Assembly: GCA_964036045.1 (NCBI GenBank)
Contig: OZ038378.1
Coordinates: 175,584,001 to 175,648,000, forward strand
Direction of reading: 5' to 3'
Length of the DNA: 64,000 nt
DNA from: Eutreptiella sp. 'Long Island Sound 2002'
Lineage: Eukaryota; Protista; Euglenida
A program made the position numbers and the translations under genes. Of the stretch, positions 21,561 through 36,918 are shown in pieces (position 1 is the first letter of the stretch; every line of letters begins with the position of its first letter). The notes under the pieces were generated by a model. It saw nothing but the letters and a program-made list of their open reading frames with translations, was not told the DNA's origin and searched no databases.

Positions 21561-24392
21561 AGTGGTTGTTGTAGAGCGGGGTCCAGTCATGCTGCCCTTT
21601 GGGCAGCCATTCCACCCAAGTTGCTCGCTCCACGGGTTTGCTCTGGAATTAGCAGGCTACGGCCGCCGCACCTGCCAAAAATTGCTTCCTACCAGCGTTT
21701 CCAGCCACTGGTCACCATTCTCAGGTGCACCCCTTTCTCTTGGATGAGAGCCTTTCCCACACAAGGATGACGCCACAATTTCCCAAACCTGGTGCACAGT
21801 GGCAGTTCCTCCCTGGACAGTGAAATGTGTGTCTGGTTAGATGCCAGGGGTTTGGTGGTTCACCCAACATGTGTTGGTGGTCACTGGCGGCAAAATGTCG
21901 TGGGCTGTAGTTCCCGAGAACCCATAACAGCATTTGCTCAAACGGTTGTTGAGGGCTGGGAATGGTTGCTGGGGGCTGGAGAGGGTTGTAGCAAAACAAT
22001 CTTGAATGATGCTTGCACGTGTGCCATCCCGTGGCTCCTGCAGAGAGATGAGTCACACTCTCCAAAGCCCACTTTGGGGGATCTCTGCTCTTACATCAGA
22101 CCCATGTTCACACGCTGTGTGCTGCTTGACCATAAGAGGGAACGTTGGCATGCCAAGCACACACCCGGCCTGCGCTGGCTATGCGCCGGGCATCAAGGTC
22201 AGGCCTAAGCACTCCCAAGAAGTGCTGTCCCAAATCAGATACAAGACTGCCCCACGTTGGGGACCCCAATATGGCAGTGGTCATGTCGCCATTTCACTCC
22301 TCATTGCGCTTATGCAGCAGGGTTTATGAGTCCTGACAAGAGGTTAGACATCCGGTATCATACAATGAGGTATGCTACGTGAATAAAACCAAAAAAGGGG
22401 GTTCTCTTCCGGGTGATTTTCTTTAGCACCTACGGCGCCTTTTTTCAGTTGTGACAGCTAGTTGTTGCTGTTTCATCCTCGGACATGTGGGCGCCCTGCA
22501 TCAGCGGAGGCACTTCGACCTGCTGTTTGCCTCCTGCACCCACGCCAAACCGTTCCAACACGACCCAAGGAAAAAGCATCTTGAAAAAATCAAAGGAATC
22601 CGGTACCGCCCATCACTCAACTAAACCGCTGCTGTTATAGAGCGCCGTACTCAATGGTGATCCCGCAACACATTCCACAAAAGACTTCCATGTCACAGTG
22701 TTCATTGTCAGCCACAGACACCCATGCCAGGATTGGTGGCCAGGGCTCGAAGTCCATTTTAGAGGAGGGAGTCAAAAAAGGTGGCTCATACTGCTGCTGC
22801 TCAACTACAAAACCCTGCTCCTCAGGTCAGCATCGATCAGTCACGGTTATGCAGATCTGTTGAAGATTGCAGCCCGTTGAAAGGGTTTGTAGCCGGTCAG
22901 TGGGGACTTGTGTAGCGTGGGTGTAGTGTGGATTGCAAAGATTGGTGGGTTGCAGCGAGTTGTATTTTCGTGGCAGCAGACCCAGCGAAAGAGGGTCAAA
23001 CAGGGCTGTAGCATGCTTCTTAAGGGCTCACTCTGGCCTGATGGGGCTATGATCCTGGTTGCGCAGCAGTGCCTTTGAGGGTCACTTCAAGCTACAAAGC
23101 TGCGGGCCGATTCACAAGTGTTCGCGATGCGGGCAACGGCACACCCAAGTTGGTGCAGCATTGTACCAGCAGCAACTGCAGGTTACAGCAGCAGTGACAG
23201 TGCTGGTGAAAGAAGCGCGGCGGCAGTGACATCAGCAGCTCAGCAACAGGAGTAAGAGCTCAGCGGCAACAGAACGTGCGGGAACGCATGACTCACTTTG
23301 CCAATCTCCGCGGTGCGAAGGCGAGGCGCACGCCCAGCAGATGCGCTGTTGAGGGGAAAACGGGATTTCTGCTGCAATGGTCATTTGGGCAGAAGATAGT
23401 GTGGATTTGCGGGAGACACCAAATTGCGTCAACTACCACCGGAACGTGAGTGTCCCACTTGCATCAGATCTCAAAGGTGGTGCAATGCACTTTATTTCAT
23501 TCTCGTGAGTGTTGATGTCCCATCTGCCCCAAGTGTCGTGCATACTGGCTCTGCCCTGGGTTTGCGAGGGTTCTGAATATTGGTCATTGGGCAGAGGCAT
23601 GCAGAGTTGAAAACGGCAGCAATGCAAAGAGGGATGTGATCAGTTACTGAATTCTTGCCTCACGTGTGTTGTATAGGATTGGTGGTGGTTGCAGCGGGGT
23701 GTGTTTTTGTGGGGGCTAAAGAGGGTTGCAGTGTTTCATAAGGGCGCACTCTGATAGAACCACGGAGCGCCGCTGGGCCTCATTCAGAGCAGTTGGGCTG
23801 AATAAAGGTAAAGGAAAGTATGCTGAGACACTTCTGTCAGTGCCCGTGTTCAACAGCGCCAGAAGGATTCGGCTGGGCTGTCTACTGCCTCAGACTCTCA
23901 GCTGCTGCAACGCTTTTGGTTTTGCATGGGGATCCAGACTTTCCTCGCCAAACTCAAAGCTGCTTGGTCCCTGCTCTCGTCAGGGATCCCTTCCCCAGTC
24001 CGCTGGGTAATGCAAGACACATCCCGGTAGAGATGTGCAGCCCGCCGCATGCCCTCGGACTTGGGAAGCACGGAGATGCCCGCCCCCTCCTTGGGGTACA
24101 GGTCAGGTGCATGCCATCCCGGGTGCCTTTCAGGGGGTCCAGTTATTGGAGCCCCTTGAGGCCGGGATGGGGGGGGGGGGATCCGGCGCCAAAACCCATA
24201 GTGACTGATTAGCGGCCCTGTCTTTGAGCCACGGGCCCAGGACGCCCCCCCACTGTCCCGCAGTTTGGGCTGGGCCTAGATCGAGCCACCAGCCCCCCCC
24301 CCCCCCCCCCCCCAGGCAATTGAAAAGCCGCCCCTTCTCCCTGGTCTCAAACGCCAGTCGGGCAGTGGAGTGACAGAGAAACACGGCCAGTT

Positions 24393-24557
24393 TCAGCGCT
24401 TCGCGCTCTGGGTGCTGCACAGCGTGCAATGACACTGGAACTCGTAGCACTCTTTCAGGCGCTGCTGCCTCTCCTTCAGCGGGAGGTCTGCACTCGGGAG
24501 GTAATTGCTCAGGACCTCATCACCGCTCCGAAGGTCAGCTATGGCCACAATGGCCAT
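24393..24557 (-). CDS. SMYD: SMYD last exon (SET C-terminus and post-SET)
   Basis: MAIVAIADLRSGDEVLSNYLPSADLPLKERQQRLKECYEFQCHCTLCSTQSAKR*. Confidence 0.93.
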   Translation of the reverse strand: MAIVAIADLRSGDEVLSNYLPSADLPLKERQQRLKECYEFQCHCTLCSTQSAKR

Positions 24558-27500
24558 CTGCAAACAGTCAGCACCGTCAAACAGGCGGCAAGTACACACT
24601 TCCTCCAGGAAAAAGGGGGACATGTGCGGTGGGCGAAGAACAGGCGGGTGGAGGGTTGGCATGACACCTCGTTGTGTTGCTGTCTGCAGCTGGCGGCGCC
24701 TATTGGCCTCTCGCCACTTACCGCTGCCCTTCCCTTGAACCCTTTCCCTCCGTAGGCGGCGGCGCCCATCGGCCTCTCACCACCTTGCCTCCTCCCTCTC
24801 CCTGCCTGGCCTATCCTTACGTCCCTACTCCCCCTTCCTTTCCCTTGGTAGGTTGTGCCAACAGAGCCCCTGGACTGTCCCTGTTTCCCTGTTCTGTGTC
24901 GGGTCCACACAGAGGAGGGCAACTGCCCTCGCCGTTGGCCAGGTGCGTCCAAAGGGACGGCCCATAGCGGCGGTGGGGGATCCCTCCGCAACAGCAGCTT
25001 TTCGGCCCCAGGTCGGGGGCTGGGGGGTGCAACCGATCGCAGGGGGTGTAGGTTTGCCAGTTGGTACTTCGGTTTTTGCGCACTTCGATGCATTTCGTGG
25101 AGGCGCACCTCCAGACGGTGCGTGGGCGACGCTTGGTGGCGCGCAGTGTGTCTGCTGCTCGCCGTTCATCGGACTTAAGCTTGTTTCTGTGCTGACTGGA
25201 ATCATGGGCACCCATCGGAGCCTGCCGCTTTCGTTCGGCCACTGGTGGCAGGATAGCAATCAGTTTCCCGAGAACGCCATCCCCAGCCCCGAACCAGAAA
25301 AAACCGTTGGTGTTCATGGAGAACCTAAAATGGACAACCACCTTCCAAAAGTTGCGGACACAAAGACTACTGTTGCTCGGACAAAGGCGTTGTTCTCCCC
25401 GTGGGGTAGTATTGGCTGGTCGTTGTGCCCCTCAGATGCGCTGATGTGCTCCTCTATCGGTCTCGTTGTGACGGAATTCCAGTGCACCACTGCTGCCTCG
25501 TGCCGAATGCTCGGGGTCTCCTGATGAGGGCTGTGGATAGGCCTGGTCCAAAGGAGGTCTCCTGGCCCATGCATCCAGGACAAACATCCAAACAAGCTCA
25601 GCACATCACACTGGTGGGTCTGGGACTGGGGGTTGTACCACAATTGTGCTATCAAACTCCACAACAGCTGCAATCAAACAAGAAAGCTCTTCTACCAAAA
25701 CAGAAAGAGGACGGTGCACAGGGCAGCGCAGAGGGCCATGGAAAGACACTGGGTATCAGGACTTTCCCAGAAGGAAAAAACAAAAAACGCATGTATCCTG
25801 TTGTTTTGCAATCCAAAATTGGTACCACTCCCTTTCAGTGGACCCAAAAGCATAATTGCAGTGTGGAGCAGTGGGCGTACAAAGACTGCCATACACTTGT
25901 AGAATACTATTGGACAACTGTCAACAACCATCAACTGGTCATTGGTTGGCTATCAATGGTTGGCAGTTGGCGGTTGAGCATTGGACCTTCAGGTATCGGA
26001 TCTTGATGTCATCAGTTGACAGTCAACCGCCAGCAGCTAACTGCTGACCGTAAGTGGTAGCTGTAGACCGTCCTTAGCACTGTTGTTGCACTGCATGCAT
26101 ATTTGGTAAACCCCACTAGATGGGAAGCCCACCCATAACCATCAACCACCTCTGTACAGCGGGGCAAAGCAACGGAAATAGGTTTGATATTCTGCTACCT
26201 CCAACCATGTTCTTCAATATAGCTATAAAACAATCTAACGAGGCCCGAAAAATGCAAATTTGCAATGGCATGCAAGATGCACACATGTTCAAATGGCAAA
26301 TGCCAGACTCACTGCCACACTGAGATACATCACCCAGATGGTCTGCACACAATTGGCAACAAACACCGCCACCAATTTTTTCTTCCTCGGTGGAGGCTTT
26401 CTCTTGTGCCCACACAGACTCAAGTACATGATGCCAAAGCCCACAGGGCTGATATGTAGTTTGCCTCTGGATACAAAACTTACTTCGGTGTACTAGGATA
26501 CTCACATGGCCATGCAACTCCTTAGCGGACCCCATCCACGCATTGCGGACGTTCCTCCACAAGCGAGCAACGACAGGGGCTCCACCCTTGAACGTTTGAA
26601 GCCATGCATCATACATCATTACATTCCTGTTGGGCTCTAACCCCCTGTTGTCTTGGGGAGAATTGAAATAGCTGCGCAACCCCTATCATCTCGGAGAAAA
26701 GTGAAATGGCTCTATACCCATGCCGTCTCGGGGAGAAATGAAATGGCTGCATAACCCGTGTTGTTTCAAGGAGAACTCCAAAATGGAGAGAAGTGAATGT
26801 ACTAGTCATCAGGGTATTCCGCAGTGATCATAGGTCAATATCCCCCGACAAAGGAGCAAAAGGGGTGAAGAAGCGAATAGGACTAACATGGTTGCAAAGC
26901 AGTTGTGTTTACACTGTGTTGGCCAAACTCTTCAGGCGTGACCAAACACCTGTTCCACACCCCTTTTCACACAAATTCCAATGAAACGTGTATCCGCTGC
27001 CGAAGACCTCTGGAGGAGCACATGAGCTCACCTCCTCCACATTGTGTCAGTTGGTTTCGGATGAGGGCTCGGGCTCTCGGCGCCTGTGGCCCACACACCT
27101 GGAGCTCCCCAAGCCAGACCAAGACTCCTGTGCGCGTGGGGGTGTGTGTGGCTGTGGGATGCTGTGCTGTTTACGTGTCCCCCCTCCTTGGGCCCGGCGG
27201 GCCCTGCCCCTTTGGCTCCCCTGAAGAGGCAGTACCCTGAAGAGGACACTCGGATGGGGGCATGGGGGTCACTGTGTTGCGTGACCAGACAGAGGTGGTG
27301 TCCCTGTGGCCCGATTACAAAGGTGGAGGAGGAGCATTGGACCCCCCCACCTGGGGGGGCTTTGGAAGAGGGGATTAAAGTGCAAGAAAAATAGCCCACT
27401 GTATATATCCGGTGCACCCTGCAAAGTGCTGTTCGTGGATGCTGAGAGGTGTACCCCCCGGGAGAACAATGGTCAAAGCACTGGAGCTGACAGAAACAAC

Positions 27501-30500
27501 ACCTACTGTTGCTCTAACAAGGGTGTTGCGCAGAAGACAAAAGCAGTGACCGCTGTGTCGCGGATGTACTACTCTAGTCGTCCAGTGATTCCCAAATATC
27601 CACTTCCAAATAACAGAGATGGGGTGGCAGCCACTTTGTCATCAATGGCATTAAACTCACTTTCCACCCAAAAAAAACAGGGCACCTTGTGGAAAACGGC
27701 TAGAACTAGGACTCAAACAGTGGCCGACATACAAAACTCTGTGCTACCTGGTGGCACACCACGTGAACGATTCTCTGAAACAAAAATAAGACCAAAATCG
27801 AAATACGGTGACCCGGACTGCCACAAGAACGTCACAGTACAATTGCTACAGCTCCCCGCACACCACTGAACAGTGGAGACACACCGAATGATCGAGAAAC
27901 TCTTCACTGACCAGATGCACATTAGGACTGCATGAATGATTGATGGAGGCGTGCAAATGGAATAACCCCACGCCGCAAGCTTCTGTCTCATCCATCTGCA
28001 ACAGAGAGCATCGCAGGTGGGCTTGGCGGTGCTGCACCAGTTGGTATCACATCACAGAAGGGAGAAGGGGGGTTGCTTGACTTGACTTGTCAACACACGG
28101 CGTTTGTTTCTTCACCTACAGACTGTAGCCATAACCATCACGGACTGCGCTTGCTTCTCCCAAGCTGCATTTGAATCCAACCCCCCCACCGTGCTCTACC
28201 CCCGAGGGTGATACATTGGCCCAGTTGCTGCCTGTACACCCTCGCAGAGGTGTACCGCACTCGGTGGGTAGTGCAAGCGCCATCAGGCCCCAGAACAACC
28301 ATCCGTGTCCTGCGGGGCTCGCTGAACATGGGGTCGTGGGTCCCCCCGACGCCAGCCCGCCTCAGCCACCCAAAAACCTCGGAAGTGACCTTGACGAACA
28401 GCAGAAGGTGAGGACTACCGATGTTGCACAGCCAAGCGCTGCTACTTGCCACCGAGAGTAAGAGACCCACAGGACCCGTGCCAGAGGCAGCAAAGCACAC
28501 AATTGTGATTGCCCCCTTGGACAGTGGCGGGGATTCCTTACAGTATGGCGATGTCTGTGTGGGTCTGGTTTTCCTTCCTGTTTTTTTTTCAAGCACACTG
28601 GAGCAGACTGGATGCAAATTGATGTTTGATTGGGGTGAAGGCGGGCGCCAAAGAAGAAGAAGAAGAGCGAAGACGGTGTCCAGGAGACCCCAGGATGCGC
28701 ACCTCAAAATGCTGAGTGCCTCTTGCTGATTATTTTGAGGTTCCTATTGTGTGTGCGTGGGGGCGCGCGGAGAGGGGGGGGAGGGAGCTCAGCGAAGAAG
28801 ACTAGTTTCTGCGGCGCCCTAGTTGCAGCACAAAGGTTTCTGGCGTGCCTTTATCACCCATTCTTGACAGTTTGCCGTTGGTGTGAAATTAGAGGTCAAG
28901 CGCAGGAAGTAGGGGTATCCGACCTCATGCACTTGCAGGTCGTCCCGTGCCTGTATGAAGTACGCACGAGCAGCACACCGGCGTTGCCAATGGGGGAGTA
29001 CCTGCAGCGCGTGCGCATCGCTGGCAATTTGGGGTCACCATCCTGGCAACGGCTGAACTATTTCCTCTCCAAAAACAACAAGCCAAGCACTTTTCCCGAT
29101 ATGCCCTTTCTACTCCCGCCAAGCTGCCCACAGTTGCCCCCAAAAAAGAGCCCCACGTGTGCGCTGCGTCAGTACCATGATGGAGCATAATGAGCCCACC
29201 AAGCGCGGCAGCAATCTTTCGCACAGTCTGCAGGCTTTGGATACCTGGTTCTGTGTCCAGGGAGGTGTAAAATTTTGTACGTGGGTTATTTCGCCAGGGA
29301 AAATTTCATGGGGGAGAAATTTCGCCACCCTTGGAATTCCCAAAACTCCCAACTGCTTCACGCACACCTTCATCTCCGTTTCAGACGCAGAAAGATTTGC
29401 AAATGAAGGCCACTGGAAGTAGCATTAGTTCACAACGCCTGAAAGAGGTCAAACACTTGCCCAAAAACTGCCCAAGCACTATGGACCCACAGAATGCAAT
29501 GCCATTGGTATCTTCACTGCACTGCTGACACCCCGAAGTTTTCCTTAAAGACGAAATGTTCCCAAGAAATTATCCCCTCCCGAAAATTTCCATCCCCCTG
29601 CACCATCCACCGCGCATTTTCCACACAATGACCAGCGTCTCCGGCCGCATCCACGTCAGGGCAGACTAAGGACCACCATTGCAGCGGCATTCAAAACACC
29701 AGTCGCCCGCAGGGGACGTACTTCAGGCCGGAAACAACAAAACAGGCCTTATTTTAAAATTATTCTTATTATTATTATTTTGAAATAATTCGTGTTCAAG
29801 TGTCCCCATGACCCCAAGCCGCTGCCACGCAAACCTTTGAGGCAGCCACACTGTCCAGCGCCAGCAACAGTTGAGGGCTCCCCCTGTTCGCCACGCGCTC
29901 ACAGAACATCAGAAACGGGTTTGAGGTCACTTTGGCACAACTCAGCGCAACTCTGCGGACCATCTTCAAAAACTGTTCCAAATTGAGGACTGCAAAGTCA
30001 TGAAGTGGGGGCAATGCGGTAGTGGAATGCGGGGAGACGCCGCAGCAATGGCCCCACGAACGCGCACGACAGCGTTTGGGCAAGACGGGGCCCTCCTTTG
30101 GGGGGGGGGGGGGGGTGCTGAAAGAGTATGCCGGTTGGTACTTCCGAGTGTACGTATATGTGCGCCTGTTGAGGAGGGAATCCTCCACTCCTTTTTTTTG
30201 GGGGGGGGGTCCTGTTGCACTTCATGAAAACTGTCACCCGGGGCAGCGGCGCACTGACACCGCCACGCCAGTCAACAACAGGTCAGCTTGTCCCCATTGG
30301 TGGTCACCAGTGGTCACCAAAGGAGGTTGTCTATGGGCGGTTGCCAATTCTCGCCAGGATCGAGCGCTGTCTTTGGAGAAACCTCCTCGACAAAAAAGTC
30401 TATGATCTCTCAGGGAAGCCCCGCGGTGGAACTCTCGAATGAGGGGAGGGGGCATGAGGTGCATGTCCGGAGGCCTGCAGCACGACCAACATCGGGCAGC

Positions 30501-33500
30501 AACCGCTGACAGCAGGCAAAATAGCACCGTCCTGGACGGCGCAGGAACGGTGCAAAAATGCTGAGGACTAGTGTAGGAACAGTGCAGAAATTGCGAACGG
30601 CATACGATGGTAAAACGGTTTCACGAGGCTTTTCTTTGCTGAGGAAGTAGCTTGGCTGGGGTGCCGGGCAGTAGGGGCTTTTACCGTGTTGAAGAACATG
30701 TGTACATCATCCGACACGTCTGTATTTTGTGCCATGGTTTGCGAGGAACGGAGGAACGGGGGAACGGTGCAAAAAACTTGATGAACGGTGTGGGAACACT
30801 GCAACGCAACGGGGGTCATTTTGCCCTCTGATCGCTGGACCCATGCCCCAAGCCCCCTCCATTTTGACACACTTCATCCGGACCCGACCGCTGTCACTAC
30901 TCCACTGGGCTCACATACATTCAGACAGTGCAGGCAGGCCCTCCCGTCCATTGCTCAACAAGGCACTCCGCAGCAGAACGAACGCCGGCCGGTAATCAAA
31001 GGCCAGGTGGTCTTGGTTGATACCCGCGTGGCCGTGCACAAACGGGGCAAAGGGCTGCAGAACGGGGCAGACGGAGTCCAGGGGATGCGTGGGACCCGGG
31101 ACGGGAATGACCAGGGGATGGCCCAGCACTACCGCTTTGGCGGTGCATGCATGCGTTCAGGCGTGCGAGTCTATATGGTCAATCGCACGTTCGCCCACTA
31201 ACCACCGGTGGTATTTTGGAGCATGATTCCTGTATCTGACGACCACTTGCCGACACGCTACCGCACATCTGGGCGTGTTGCCAACCACAACGAAACCGTT
31301 TCGAACCCACAACCTCTAGGTAGGCTTCTGGGCGGTGTTTGGGACCTTCGACCTACTCACGGTGCCGGTCCACTGGTTGTCTCTTACGACGGGTTCCATC
31401 CTGGAACCGTGGCTGTAGACGCTGGGCGCTGGGCCCACTCAAACAGCGGGAGTCTCTTGGCTGCCAGGCGGTATGTGTAGCGAGCGCAACTCGTCTGAGT
31501 CTCCCCCCCGCCCCCCAGCTTCAGGGCTAAACGTCAGGCAGCCCGAAAGAGTCCTGGAGGGGCTCGGGAGAGGGGTCTGTGGGTACCCCACATGCATTAC
31601 CTCAAAACGTTACCCACGATGCAGTGATCATTTTGAAGGTATGTGCCATGGGGAAAAGGATTTTTCGAAGAATTTCCCCGCACCGCTTCGGATAAGGATC
31701 TGACGTTTGAGCCATTTTCAAGAACCCAAGCCCCCCCTCCTCCTTCTGGTGGCTGAAACGGCCCCCCCTCGTAGACCTTCCTCAGAGTCAGGAGAGCAGA
31801 GTAGCAACAAAATATTTGGTAGAAATGTACCACAAAAGAGGCCACAAGACTCTGCAGGATTTGGGTTACATTTTTTCGCCGGGATCCCCACATTGTTTCC
31901 AACCCTCAAAAATGGAAACAAATGAGATGAGTGGTCTTTCCAACGTACCCAAGAGGCCCCACCATGCCGCTGTTACAACCGTTGGTACCCGGTGCTTGAG
32001 ACGGAGTCAATGCTTGGTGGGTAAAAACTTGCACGGTGGGGTGGTTCATGCAAGTGGTCTGCGCACACAGCTTTTCTCTCTACAATAGAAATTAATGCTG
32101 GATCATGCTGGGCATGACATTCATCCTGGATCTGGTGTGGCTCTGCTATGAACGATAAGGTCAGAGATATGGGCGTCAGGGTTGTGTTGCACAGTGCCAC
32201 TTCAGGATTGGTATGGGTGAGGGTGGGTGGGTGGGGGCAGGTCTGGGGTCTGGGATCCGCACCAAAACAGACATTCCCGCATGGTGCAACACCATGGTGC
32301 AATTGTTGCACAAAAACATGTATTGTTTCCTTGCCAAGCGTGTGCACGTGCACTGTTGCGTGTGCATGCATGTGTGTGTGCATGGGATGGTGCGGTTTGG
32401 TTGCAGTGGCGGTTCCCATTGCGCGTGCGTCGTATGTTTCAACGTGAATGTATGTGACATGACGCAACACTGCCAAACTGGCACGCGGACGTACACTCAC
32501 GTACGCACGCACGCTCGCACGGCCATCCCCAAAAGCACTTGTCAACAGGGGTGGTGTGCCTCAAAGCGGCACCTGCGATCGCATGCCTGTATGCCATTGG
32601 CACCTACAACAGACACTATCTGCACCACAGCCCCGTGCCAGAAACACGGAGCCCTGAATCGTGAACGCGAAGCCCCTCTCGTGCAATGAGCATTGCGACG
32701 AGCATTCACATCATTGACCTGAATACTTTGTTCGATCGAAATGTTGTTATCTACGTGGCTTTGCACGACCACACAGAACATTTTCGCCGCCAATCTGCAC
32801 AGATACAGGGCAAACACAACACCGCAGGACCAATGATTGAGTTCTGTGCAGGGCCTGATGGCGGGGGGTAGGAGAAGGGGTAGGCTTGCCACAAAAGCTC
32901 GGTGAAGGTGCCTGTTTTTACTTCCCAGTGTCCACACTGAAAGAACATTGTTCACCTTGTTTTGCCTTACGGTAGGGGAAAGTATTGTTGGTAGGTGAGA
33001 GTGTGACTGTTGCGCTCCTGCTCATAAGGTGGTGCATCTGCCCCATGGCATCTCTCCCCTGAATGCGCTGGCATGCATCACGCGAAAACTGGAACGTGCT
33101 GCCTTATGATTGATACACAGGACGCCACTATCGCAGCGATACTAACCCAAAATCCATCCTGAGCTGCACAACACCTCCGGACTATCTTGGTGCATCTGCC
33201 ATCAGCCACCACATGCATTTGATGGGGCTGTCATAAAATGCACCTTTCCCATTAATGATTGGTACCAGAGACGCTGCTAATAGGGTGACAACAAGCCACA
33301 ACACATGATGAACAAAAAAAAAACCTGCAGGATATCTTGGGGCATCTGCCATCAGCCACCGTATGCATTTGATGGGGCTGCTATAACACGCACCTCCCCC
33401 TGAGATGATTGGCACTGGAGACACCGATGTGAAAGTGACACTATGACACAACAATTGATGAGCTACCAGCTTATCTTGGGGTATCTGCTGTGACCTGATA

Positions 33501-36500
33501 TCTCTCTCGGGGACATCCGGTTCCTGCCAACACAGAGCAAATTCGCAATTTTTCGGGGGTTTCTCAAGTTTTGGCCTTCGTTCCCGAGGGGGGGGGGGGG
33601 GGTATGTGTATGCTTTTTGAAATCCGTCAGAAAAGGCGTTTCAAAAATGTATGGGTTTGGGGGGGGGGGGGGGGTTAGAGTTGTAGATGGGACAATGCAC
33701 AGGACGGAGCAATGCGCAAGGGATCACTGATTATTCCGAATTCGAGTCGTCGTCATTGTTGCCCCTTTCCACAAGGGCCGGGACCCCATGGGGGCACACA
33801 TCCCCCTGTTTGTGACTGGGAACATATGTCTTCAAATTTTCTCAATTCTGCAGCCTGCATGCCTTCACAGTCGAGACCCCAATACTGGGCTACAAAAATG
33901 GTGGTCTCAGCAGTGGACAAAATCTGGTGCTCCTTGTGGTTGCATGCAGGTTGCTGTGAATCGGTCGTGCGAGGCTTTTTGGCCTGTCTCGCAGGCTCGC
34001 AGGTCACCTTCTACCAGTTTGCATCCCCAGAGCGCGCTCTTTTCCGCACCAAAGGTTTCTGTGGTGCATCGGGGTAAGCAACAGCACGTTGCGTGAATTT
34101 GTATGCGGGAATGGTAGCTGCCTGTTGACAAAAGGAGGCAGCAAGCAACACAGGCGCCGTCCAAAACGGACGAAAATCTCAAACATGTCGTCAGTACAGC
34201 ATGCAGACCCAGGTGTTCTACATAGCCATTTTCAAGGGCTTTCCGAATATACCCACATCCCCCCCCCCCCCCTTTGGGACACTCAGCGGGCACGAATGAG
34301 GCAACAATGGCACTGACCCCTGAAAACGCTCCGTGTTGGCATGAAACCCGGCGTCCCCGAGAGATATGTATTGATGGGGCTGTTATATGCAACTTTCCCT
34401 CGGATGATTGGTGCTGGAAACACTGCTGTCAAACTGACAGTAACCCACAACACATGATGAGCTACATAAAAGCTCGAGCACATCTTGGTGCATCTGCCAT
34501 CAGCTGCCATATGCGTTTGATGGGGGTGTTATAATTCACACCATTCCCTCAAATGATTGGTGCTGGTGATGTTGCTGTCCCCAAAACACATGACGAGCTT
34601 CACAACACTACCATCATATCTTGGTGCATCTGCCATCAGCTGCCATATGTAGTTGATGGGCTGTTGCAATATGCACAGTTCCCTCAGATGATTGGTACAT
34701 CTGTCGCTCAAGTTATACACCTTGTATGCACCCAACCCCTTCTGACCCTGCCTTGGGATGAGTCGGCGTATGGAGTGAGTCCATTTCCAGGCTGCCCCTG
34801 GGCAGAAGCTTGGGGGATGAAGGGGCTCAGCTGCAACCAGAGGGGCCATGGCATTTTATGGCGGCCATGCAATGCTGCAGCCACAGAGCTGCCAACCGTG
34901 AACGTAAATGGGGGTACCGATGCACACTCTGCTGGTTCCGCCCCCGTCACCTAGTGCAGGGGGGCAAGTACTGCCAGTAAGGTTGCATGTCTGATGGTGC
35001 ACGCACTACACTGTGCCTGTGAATACATCCGTGACAGTGCCCTCTGCATTGACCACAATACTGCAAGAACGGGGCCAGAGCAGATGAGGAACAAAGCAGG
35101 ATACCTGACGGCAGAGATGATGACGTCCATCAGCTGCAGCAACCCTGCATCGGTTTTATGGGCCAACACCGCGTTCCTGCATCACACCACATACACAGGG
35201 CTCAGAGCAATGCTGTAGAGGCTTTGGCCCAATGCGGGCTGTTCAGAGAGATTATTGATTGCAGGGGAGGGGTGCCCCTCGACTCATCCGCATCCATAAA
35301 CACCCACAAACACACTCAAACACATCCGCACCCGTGTGTGTTGGGGGGGGGGGGAGGGGGGATTTGGTATGGGTATAGATAGAGTCCTTCCACCCGCACT
35401 ACCTGGCCCCCGCATGTTCGGCAGTGGCTGCGCTGGCTGTCTCTTCGGACTCGTGAGAGATCCAGGGGCCGTCACTGCTGTAGCCACGGATGAGTGAAAT
35501 GGCGGTGCAGTGCTTTCGCTGTGTCAATTCACAGCGGCTGCTACCGGGGGGGGGGGGGTTCCAAATGTAACCGCCGGGGTCTTCCACCACGATGCGCTGC
35601 AACAGGCCTCCAGGCACCTTGCGTTGTACCACCACACCCACATCCTCTCACCCGGCTCTACTGGAGACCAAGGTGTGTGGCCCCGACTTGGAGTGTGCGC
35701 TCTGTGCCCTTTCACCCATCGGTGTGTTGCTCGGCTGTGGCACGCGCGCACACTGTCCTCCCTCCACCCTGGCTGGACGTGCACAGTGCTCAGGGTGCCA
35801 ATTGCTTCTTATCCCCCCCCCTTGGGGGGGGGGGGGGGGTATTCTGGCGTTCCTGCTGTCGCTTCCCCAGCCCGCCCATGCGTGCACAATGCCCGTTCCC
35901 GTCCCTTGTGCAGGGTGCTGCCTGTGTCGTTTCCCTGTGGCCGCTAGGGGGGGGGGGGGGGCTCCACATGTAACTGCCGGGGTCATCCACGGGACACTCA
36001 GCAACCTGGCCCGCAGGGCTCTATGGGTTGCTGTCTAGGCCTTACTGCGCTGTCACTGCACCTGGCTCCACCAAAGACCGAGGAGTGTGGCCCCTATTTG
36101 CTGTGCGCACACTGTGCAATGTGGTCATCCTGCTGCCCGGCTGAGTGTCGCACGCACGTTGTTCCTTCCTGCCCCTTGTCCATGGTAGTGCAGTGCTGGC
36201 TCACAGCGGCTGTTACCGGGGGTCAGGCCCCGCTGGTAACAGCCGGGACTGCCCACCCAGCAACCTGGCCCGCAGGGCACAGATTGGGGCTGTTTGGGCA
36301 TGTCTGCACCCGTGTTGCATCACCTGGCTCCGCCGGAGACTGAGGAGTGTGGCCCCTATTTGCTGCGTGCATAGTGCTGCAGGGGGGTGCTCGCTCCTCG
36401 TGAAAGGAGGACCGCCTGTGCTGACTACCTTGGGGGGTCGGGTCCCCTCGCTCATTTCCATGTCGACACCCTGCGTTCAGTCCCTGGCCCCAGGACTCTG

Positions 36501-36880
36501 CGTGCGCCGCAAGACTCTTACCACAGTGCCATTACCAGTGGAGGGATTTTGGCGGTGGCAGCTCTGGTGTCACAACCTGTGTTCTTTGCTCACTCTTCAT
36601 TGCCGTGGTCACCGCAGGGCTCCAAGCCACAGGGTGAGAAATACACAAAGGCCCTGTGGCCTCAGGGCGCCAGGCCACTGCGAGGCTTCGGAGGGTTCCG
36701 CCCATCATAGGGCACCACCCACAAGTATGGCAGCGTTCAGCCCTGCATAGGGCACACAAGCTATCAAGGGAGGTTGGGGGGGGGGGGTGCTGCCCGGTGT
36801 TGGAGGGCTCCGCCCGTCATAGGGCACCAGCCACAAGTATGGGAGGGTTCCGCCCAGCATAGGGCACCACCCATAAGCTA

Positions 36881-36918
<38 letters not shown>

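Noticed and set aside
32922-32936. 15-nt phase 2-2 micro-exon candidate (VDTG)
   Set aside because: Not needed once exon 35105-35176 is included, which gives a better SAVR-LAAKM join; such short GT/AG matches arise by chance.
34994-35218. Plus-strand ORF faintly like a tyrosine-recombinase C-terminus
   Set aside because: Antisense shadow of the phase-matched SMYD exon 35105-35176; no R-H-R-Y catalytic set.
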